Below, in pieces: positions 1 through 7,503 of a stretch of DNA of 8,165 bases (positions are counted from its first letter, which is position 1; each line of letters begins with the position of its first letter). This DNA comes from Geosiphon pyriformis uo1 (Eukaryota > Fungi > Glomeromycota). The translations under genes were made by a program, and so were the position numbers. The stretch spans positions 1-8,165 of the forward strand of contig JAAOMT010000739.1 in the NCBI GenBank assembly GCA_016748015.1, written 5' to 3'. Below the pieces are notes generated by a model. That model did not search any database, was not told the origin of the DNA, and saw nothing but the letters and a program-made list of their open reading frames with translations.

Positions 1-21
1 TTTTTTTTTTTTTTTTTTTTT
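1..21 (-). repeat. Poly(A) tail of the LINE (at least 21 nt, truncated by window edge)
   Basis: 21 consecutive T on + lie 114 nt downstream of the ORF2 stop on the minus strand. An ATTAAA hexamer (24->19) runs directly into the tail. Confidence 0.92.
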
Positions 22-135
22 AATGAATGAGGTCCAAATGCGACTTAATGCCTTACATCATACAAATGATCTAAACTAGGAGCAAATCATGTGCTTTCTA
101 CACGTGACCAGCCACTCAGGCCAGTCAGGACTATA
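22..135 (-). other. LINE 3' UTR with predicted stem-loops
   Basis: Lies between the ORF2 stop (TAG 138->136) and the poly(A). The sense RNA can fold UGACUGGCC-UGAGU-GGCUGGUCA (127->105) and AUGAUUUG-N9-UAGAUCAU (90->66). Confidence 0.75.
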
Positions 136-630
136 CTATATACCTATATGCACAGAAACCAAATCCCCAATACCTGAAAAAAATGGACAAAACTTATGAA
201 ACCCGAAACCAACTCCAAAAGCCTCAGCCACACTTAGCAATCTAACTACACCAGCTGAAAAAACCATAGACAAACCAGAAACTGAAGTGGGAGCGGAGCT
301 GTTACATGGAATCAAACCATGCTTTTCCATAAACACCTGGTGCCTGGCGTGGACCAACCAAATGTCATCCCGAAACACAAGACAGAACTCATGTACAAAA
401 TCCACAATTTTACTAGCCCCAACCTCAGAATCCTTGAAAACCGAAACAGATTCATAATACCAATTGTTGAAAACAAGGCCCTTATACAGAGCAGCACCAA
501 CCCCAACCTTGGAAACACAAGAATCCAACAGTTGCAAAACACACAAAGAAGACTGAGACAGACCAGAAAGAGCCATCCAAGCTGAAACATGAACGTCCAA
601 TAATTGGGCATGACCAGTGGTGTCATGAAA

Positions 631-678
631 ACAAAAAAAGACATAATCCGAGATCTCAACATCACCACAATACAAACA
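631..678 (-). other. ORF2 C-terminal zinc-binding motif (degenerate CCHC, LINE type)
   Basis: CLYCGDVEISDYVFFC matches Cx2C...E..xH.F.C with the expected His present as Tyr (TAT, one C->T from CAT). Confidence 0.75.
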
Positions 679-1029
679 CACTACACTGGAGTACCTTCTA
701 TCATACAAATGCTTACACACAGCAACTGGGAGCCGACGATGAAAGGCTTTCATAAAGTAAGTCCAAAAGCCAGCCATATGTGCACTAGTGAAACCAGCAG
801 CCAAGTGAGAATTGGGGTGCCACACCAGAGAAGACTTGGACCAATTAATATCAGCATGCAAATCATCTGTCACAACCCAAGAGCCAGACCCAACCTCCCA
901 GCGAGTGTGATGAACCAAACAGAAAACATCATGAACAAAGTGTCTAGAATTACCAGAAACCGCAGTACTACCCACCTTCAGAAAACATTCGCCAACCAAA
1001 TGAGGCAGGTGCCAAGCAGAAGAAGTGGC

Positions 1030-1425
1030 TTTCTTAACAAGTGTATCAGCATGTTCATTGCCTAGAATGCCTGAATGACCCCTAACTTTAATTCAATTCA
1101 CTTCCAAATTCTTGCGACAAATGACATTAGCTATGTGATGGTGCTCAATCCAACAATGGTTTCTAAAATCTGGATAAACCAACAAAGACTCCGACTTGCA
1201 CACATTTACAGCAGCTTGGCTATCCGAAAACAAGTCAACCAACTGAAAAGAGGGAACACACTTAAGAGCCAAAGCAATTGCCTGCAATTCTGTCAGAGTA
1301 GAAAAAACCAAACCAGACACCCCAACACCCAAACCTAAGTTAATGTTCTCAAAGAAAGTGGCAGCACCTGCTTTCACGTCAACAGTGCCCAGACCACTTA
1401 GAGACCCATCCGTATACACAGACAG
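1030..1425 (-). other. ORF2 RNase H (RNase HI-like) domain
   Basis: Motifs VYTDGS, STLTELQAIALAL, FSDSQAAV and *IKVRGHSGILGNEHADTL. The four catalytic acidic residues D/E/D/D and the GH loop are recognisable. Confidence 0.93.
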
Positions 1426-2289
1426 GCAAGCAGTATTGACGGTCAGCAGAGTGTCACAAACCACACCAAAACCATAAGACAGACAAACATCAGAACCAGT
1501 ACAATCCTCTACAAAAGAGGGACAAATAGAAGGAGGAACAACACTACCGAGAAATTAAACAGAGATATCAAACCACAAAGGGACTGGGCCATGAGGGTCT
1601 AGTCTCTTCCAACGCTTGAAGGTTCCCCAACTAAAAACATCCCCACTACAGTTACGAAATTGTTTCACAAAAGCAATCCCATAACGCCTAAATGAAGAGA
1701 CACATTTGAAAAAATAGTGTTCACCAAGAACCAGAGACATAGGAGTACCACCCCGATAGTGAAAAACACAAGTCAGAGAGCCACCCAAAGACAAATCATA
1801 CCCAGAAAAAATATGAACCACACCTGCCAAAAAATTATTTGAGGGACTAACACCAACATGAGCCGGAAACAGCAAGAGATGATGAGAACACCAGCTGAGA
1901 ACCTGGAGGTCATGAGACCTATGAAAAAACAAGTGACCCAAGACACCAGTAGAATTCGCAAAAACAACAACAGAGGCCAATTTACTCTCAGTCTGGATTT
2001 GTTCAAAGGTCTTTAAATTGTACAAAGAGGGGTGATGAAGCATATTACTGGAGAAATCACGTGGCAATCCAGACTTAGACTTCAAGATCTTGCATACCAA
2101 AGCATCCCATTTATTACAAACACCAACAGAAATGAAACTGAACTGAGTCCTGTAGCTGATGATAGGAAAAAGAACTGCAGACAACAAATATGCATACTGT
2201 TTGTCCGAAACCACCTTCCTTAAAACAAAGTTCACAAAAAATCACACATCCACTTGAACTTTAGCCAAGCTAGGCTTCGAAAGACCCTC

Positions 2290-3280
2290 AGAAGACAAAA
2301 AGATACTCAGATAGTGATGAAATTCCCCCTTCTTGGCGATGGAAATGGGCAAGCCACTAATAGTTAAACATGGGTCTATTACCCAGCAGTTGATAGGGAT
2401 GACAACCGTCTTGTCATTATTTATAGAAATGTCATTGAGCCTGAAAAATTCATTAGCAACATTAAGGATGTGTTAAGTAGCAGCCTGGCTGCTACCAACC
2501 CAAATAGTATTATCGACAAAAGCACCAGCAGCGAAAAAGGAAGTCAGTTCAGCTTGAGGATCTACTTGGCCAGTTTTGGAAATAAAATGAAAATTCAATC
2601 TGTAATCACACACACTTTCCTGTTTCTTGACTTTGCACAAAAGTGAATCATAAAAAATACACCAGAAAAGGGGTGAGAAAACTTCTCCCTGATCCAGCCC
2701 ATCGTGAACACAATACTCATTAGTCAAGCCAAAGTCAGTCATCACCCTGTTGATGTGACTATTGTAAATACTACCAAAAAATCTAATAAACCTGTCACAC
2801 ATCTTAATCCTGATCAGACTCCTCCTAAGATGTTCTCAACCAACTGAGTCATAAGCTTTGTGCATGTCTTGTAAAACCAACCAAAGTTCACAATTCTTCT
2901 CCAAGGCATTCTCAACCACAGAACCAATAGCAAAAATGGGAGATTGCATTGTCATATCTTTCAAAACAGAAAAATTATTTCCACAAAGGACCTCAAAAGT
3001 GCTGCAAGCCAATAAAATTCTATCTGAAAGAATCTTAGAAAGAATTTTGTGGGCCGTTTCAATTAAAGCTATAGGATGGGTGTTCATAAAAACTCTTTCC
3101 CATTCATATGGTTTAAGAATCATTGAAACCCAAGCTTCTCTCCATGGCCCAGGAACTGATTCATCAACCAAACAGAAATTCAAAAGCACCAAAAGCATAT
3201 CCAAAACCGATTTGTCACAATGTCTCCACAATTTGTTGGAGATACCAGAAAGACCAGCTGCCTTTCCATTAGAAAGATCC
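2290..3280 (-). other. ORF2 reverse transcriptase domain (non-LTR type)
   Basis: GKAAGLSGIS (KAPGxDG-like), NTHPIALIETAHKILSKIL (RPIxL), QDMHKAYDSVG*, GLDQGEVFSPLFW, FVDN (YADD box, 2520->2509), INNDKT and HYLSIFL (YLG-like). Confidence 0.95.
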
Positions 3281-4129
3281 TTGACAACAGTCAACAATTC
3301 ATCTAAACTAATCAAACACATGACATCAAAAAAAGCACCATCAAACACGTAATTCAGAGGCCGATATTGGCAGACCCAATCCTCAAAGATGTCAGATACC
3401 ACCTTATGCTTTCTAGTCCATTTCTCCATAATTTTGTCTACCTTAGATTTAACCAAATCAGGCTCTAAAACCAACTTATCTTCTACAACCAGATGATTCA
3501 GGACCACCTTGCGAAAAAGATGCTCTAAAACGCTCCTAATGGTATGACTCTTGTTCAGCTCAAAACTTTCCATTCTCTTATTAATAGCCTGCTTGATTAA
3601 GGACTCCTCAGTGTGCTTGGATTCCAATAATTTGGAAGAGCAGTACAATTTCCTTGCTTTGGCCAGCACAGAATGAATAAAATCAAAATTAGAACCTGAA
3701 AGAAACAGAGACTTAACTACTGATGCACCAGAGGAGTCAAGTTTGTGTCACACCTCCAACAAAGAAGCAAAACCATCACTAGAATCCAAACGTGAAGCCT
3801 TAACTAACTTAGAAACCAACAGCTCCAGCTTGTGAAACCTAGAGGAAGTCTTGGTAAACACACCATTAAAACCTTTGAACCATTTTTTCTTAAATGTACC
3901 ACCTGCTGAAAGAACCATAATCTTGTGAACAATGTCTTACATAGCGTCCATATCTGAAAACCTCACTGTCATACCAAAAGCATCCAAGAACATAGAGGCA
4001 TTAGCAGCCAAAGCATCTTTGAACTCCAACCACCTAGCTTTATTGGCACTTTTGATGTCAAACTTTCAATGATCTCTATTTGCTTGTGTGCAAAAAGAAT
4101 TCAAGCACATATCCAAAAGTCCACCCAAA

Positions 4130-4824
4130 CTCAAAGACACTAAAACAGCTTAATGGTCTGTGTCAAAATGCTTACTGACATTTAAAACCTCACGATTCAC
4201 TATCGCATTGACCAGATTCGGGGAGACAAACAAGTTATCAATTGTTTTTTTAACACCCCTAAAATTTTCCCAAGTGGGCATCTTCACAGCCAGACTACCG
4301 ACTAAAGAATTGACTAGACCCAAATCAAAGCATTTTTTGAAACTCGCACTCTTATGAGAACTGTCTTTATTAAAATCACCCCCAAGAATGACGAAAGAAG
4401 ATTTGTTAACAGCCTTCACAATAAAAAAGTTGATTTCATCAGCCTGAGAAAACCGTACCACCAAAGAAGCACCAGCATAAAGCCCCAGAATTGACACTGA
4501 GAGCTTATTCTTGAAAAGTAATTTAATAGACAGAAGCCGGCCAGGCACTTCAGAAATCTTGTACACATGCCTTGCCAAAGAAGAGTTCATGACAACCACC
4601 ACACTAGCACCCAGATATCCAGAATCCAAACCAAAGATAAACACCCAAACACCATCAAATCTGTTGATGATTCAGGGACAAACCTTATTCTTCAACTTCG
4701 TCTCAGTAAAAATAGAAACCAAATTGCCCATGTTCTTGTGTCAACAAACTATATCATTCTGTTTTGTAGAATTGGTCATTCCCTTAACATTGCACGTGGC
4801 AATTTTCCAAATATAACTGGTCAT
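4130..4824 (-). other. ORF2 apurinic/apyrimidinic-type (APE/EEP) endonuclease domain
   Basis: Motifs IATCNVKG, TETKL, GLYA, ILGGDFN, PTW, KTIDNLFVS and FDTDH, in the canonical order. Confidence 0.93.
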
Positions 4825-6683
4825 TAAGATGAAGAAAGAACCAGAGGACCCAAACCAGCACACATCTGCTCTAACTTCGCCAAAATCGAGCCAATGGAGG
4901 CATTGAGGGCAACCAACCTTGACTCTAAAATGCCAACTTTAGAAGTTAGCATCTTGGAACTGCTCAGACCCAATTGAGAATTGTCATTGCCAGAAGAGAG
5001 AGAAATAGGCTGAATTAAAAGAACATCTAACACCATGTTGGAACCCAAGTCAGAGTCAGCAACCATAAGAGAATCAGAAACAGATGGGTGAGAAGTACCC
5101 ACAAAAGAAATTACACTAGAAGGAGAAGCCAAAGACACCAAACTGAGATTGTCAAGACAAAGAAAAATGTTTGAAATTTGATTAGATAAAAGCTCTACAA
5201 AGCATTCCAGACGTGCTAAACATGTACCCAAGGGGAAATCGACCATAGAAAAAGGAGGAAGGGTACCACCAAAACTTGAAGCACCAAAGGGCAGAAAACC
5301 AGAACCAGAGCCATCATGAGAACCATGAGAGGCTAAAGCGATTGAGACCACTTGGGCCCAGGATTTGCCTCCAAAAGCAACAGGACAAGAGATTGGAACC
5401 TTCTTTTTAGCATATAATTTGGCCAACTGTAGATGAGTATCCAAGTTAGCAGGCTTTTTAAATGACTTGGGCGACTGAGAAGCTGACACAACCCCAGCAT
5501 CACATTCCAAGACAGAATGACCAAACTTCCCATACCATCCACAACAAACTAAATTCAACCTAGTCCATGAGAGTTTCACACCACCAAAGATTGGCTCCGT
5601 GTGAAAAGCTGATTCCATAGCTTCATCAGATTTAAAACAGATCACAGCACAGTGAGTTCTATTGTCAGTCTCTAATAAACGATTGATGACACAAGTTTTC
5701 CCACCAGTTCCTTCCAAAAGAGTTCTAAGATCATGAACTGTCGTTCCCATTGGCAATGTGAAAAGAAACACCCTGAATTGATTCCTAAAAGCCCATGTCT
5801 TACAATCTTCCACAGCCTTGGCCACACGCACAGAATCTTTCCCAATAAGGAATGACTATTTTGATGCTAACAGATCAGCCTGGCTAGATTCGGCGAATTT
5901 CACCACAGTCTTCTGCCACAGTCCAATTAACTGAACTTTGATAGACACAATCTGACCATACTTGGATACTACGGCGATGATCATTTCTTTTGATGTGTCC
6001 ATAGAAATTTCTTTTATCACCACAGCCCAATCTGAACGCACTCCTTGTCTTTTGAGATTGGTGTTTATGATGATCCCATTTTCTCTGGCCAATAAGGCGG
6101 CTTTTTTCATGCTCTCTGATAAAGTAAATGTCAATCTGATGATCCCTTCAAATTTTGAAGGGGTAATGGCCCTCCCAAAACCATTGATTTTCGAAAACAA
6201 TTTTTGTATGACCTGAGTTTTGGCTGTTGCCAATTTCCCTTCTACAGCCGAAAGATTAATGTCCAAAGCGAATGATTTTTTTACAGCCACTTCCATTTGA
6301 GTTTTAATGATTTTAGGATCCACTCACATCTTATCCAGAGAGAAAGACTTATGGAGGGGAAGAGAGACTTCCTCTTCTTCCTTCATGTTATAATTAATAG
6401 AGCCGAGAGGGGAGCCAACAGTTGTACCATTATTGAAACGCTTGGCTTGAGGTGTATTCATCTTGAAATCAGGTACTCCTTCACCTTTGAAAGCTTCTCC
6501 ATCAGTATTCATGCCATTAAACTGCCCGACTACACGACCAGACCCACCATTATTGAGAGTTGTACCACTACTTGAGAGCTTAGCATCACCAGGAGGTTTC
6601 TTGATTTTATGACCTGAACCACCACCAACTGAACCAGTGGTCGAAACTCTGGCTGACCTTCTCTTAGCACTAGGGCCACTCAT
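4824..6683 (-). pseudogene. LINE ORF1 nucleic-acid-binding (gag-like) protein, 619 codons plus stop, 2 premature stops
   Basis: Fragments 6324-6683, 5856-6323 and 4824-5831 are in one frame, broken by TGA (6326->6324) and TAG (5858->5856). It has a basic N-terminus (PSAKRRSAR), RRM-like beta-alpha-beta segments, the knuckle C-GW-Y-GKFG-H-SVLE-C (5543->5502; Cx2Cx4Hx4C with C->Y), a KSWAQVV motif and C-terminal heptads. Confidence 0.88.
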
Positions 6684-6808
6684 AGTGGCAGCCAGACTGA
6701 CAATGAAAGAGTTTGTTTTTTGTGAAATAGTGGAAGACAGTATATAAAAAACAGAAAAACTTCTTTCAAAATTTTGACTCTTTTTTAGGAATTTGGGACG
6801 AAGGAATG
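6684..6808 (-). promoter_or_regulatory. Putative LINE 5' UTR / internal promoter
   Basis: About 125 nt of pyrimidine-rich sequence upstream of the ORF1 ATG, starting at CATTCC (initiator-like). The function is inferred from position only. Confidence 0.5.
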
Positions 6809-7360
6809 TTTTTTAATAATAAAAAACAATAAATTTATTTAATAAAAATAAAAATAACTAATTAATAATTTTGTAAAAATATAGAGTATTAATATAAAAG
6901 TATAATAAATTTATTAAAACTTAAATATATAATGTTTAAAATAAAAATTAAATTAGTATTTAAATAAAAAATTATTAAATACATAAATAAAATAAAACCA
7001 AATAATTTTTTTAATTTATAATATAAGTTTAAATCACTGGTTACATATAAAAAATATGTAAGTAATATTTTTGTTACATATTTTAAGTTTTAATTAAATT
7101 ATATTTAATTAATACATAAAAATAACATTATTAAATTTGTTTTATTTATAATTTAAAATAAATAAACTTTTATTTAATAAGTTTTGAAGTTACATATATG
7201 TATATAATAATAACAAAAATATATTTTAATAGTATTAATTCTAATTTTTAAAACTTACAATTATCTTTATTTTAAAATAATAAAACGAATTTTATTCAAT
7301 ATTAATAAACATATTAATGAAATATTGCACAATACAATAATTATTAAATAACAATTATAT
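6809..7360. other. Extremely AT-rich low-complexity intergenic spacer
   Basis: For example, only 5 G+C in 6841-6900 and 3 in 6901-6960. The ORF track shows nothing here. Confidence 0.9.
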
Positions 7361-7503
7361 GATGTAGGCATACTGCAGGGGTTAAAAACTCTGATTATTG
7401 TTATAATTTATACTGATAAATCAAAGATCTGAAACGTCATTGACACGAACCAAACATATATTAGGCCATATCTTCCCAAACCATAACAAACACACAAAAC
7501 ACC

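Larger units (their letters stand above)
136..4824 (-). pseudogene. LINE ORF2 polyprotein (APE endonuclease / reverse transcriptase / RNase H / zinc finger), 1562 codons plus stop, 11 premature stops, no frameshift
   Basis: ATG at 4824->4822 (MTSYIWKIATCNVKG). ORF-track fragments 4150-4644, 2836-3669, 2473-2802, 1555-2235, 1093-1464 and 136-999 share one frame, and I translated the gaps by hand. In-frame stops are at 4741-43, 4672-74, 4150-52, 4066-68, 3937-39, 3748-50, 2836-38, 2473-75, 2242-44, 1555-57 and 1093-95. Confidence 0.95.
1..6808 (-). mobile_element. Full-length, inactivated non-LTR retrotransposon (LINE) with ORF1 + ORF2 (APE-RT-RNase H-zinc finger) and poly(A) tail
   Basis: Canonical order on the minus strand: 5' UTR, ORF1, ORF2 with EN/RT/RNase H motifs, 3' UTR and a run of at least 21 A (T1-21 on +). 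The 5' boundary is approximate, placed where mixed-composition sequence meets the AT-rich tract at a T6-AA site (6809-6816). The TSD cannot be checked because the 3' flank is outside the window. Confidence 0.95.

Noticed and set aside
85-130. Hammerhead ribozyme in the 3' UTR (CUGA and GAAA present)
   Set aside because: There is no CUGANGA core, and the stems do not give hammerhead topology.
312-5542. Alternative-frame minus-strand ORFs (312-668, 1773-2006, 5333-5542)
   Set aside because: They are short out-of-frame overlaps whose hydrophobicity simply reflects the T-rich coding strand.
319-6575. Plus-strand ORFs inside the LINE (319-585, 604-1065, 1075-1338, 2032-2223, 2858-3352, 4160-4357, 4511-4816, 4567-4827, 5962-6216, 6297-6575)
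   Set aside because: They are antisense shadows of ORF1/ORF2 favoured by the T-poor + strand, with no recognisable motifs.
136-6683. UGA=Trp recoding, selenocysteine or A-to-I editing rescuing the stops
   Set aside because: Although most stops lie at inferred Trp sites, TAA stops at non-Trp positions (4150, 2473, 1555) also occur. Only the FVDN and C->Y substitutions could in principle be reverted by editing, not H->Y. No SECIS-like motif was seen, and mutational inactivation explains everything more simply.
7430-7465. ACGTCA (CRE-like) and TATA-like motifs upstream of the 7504 gene
   Set aside because: Their position is plausible for a promoter, but they are too short to support a call without expression data.
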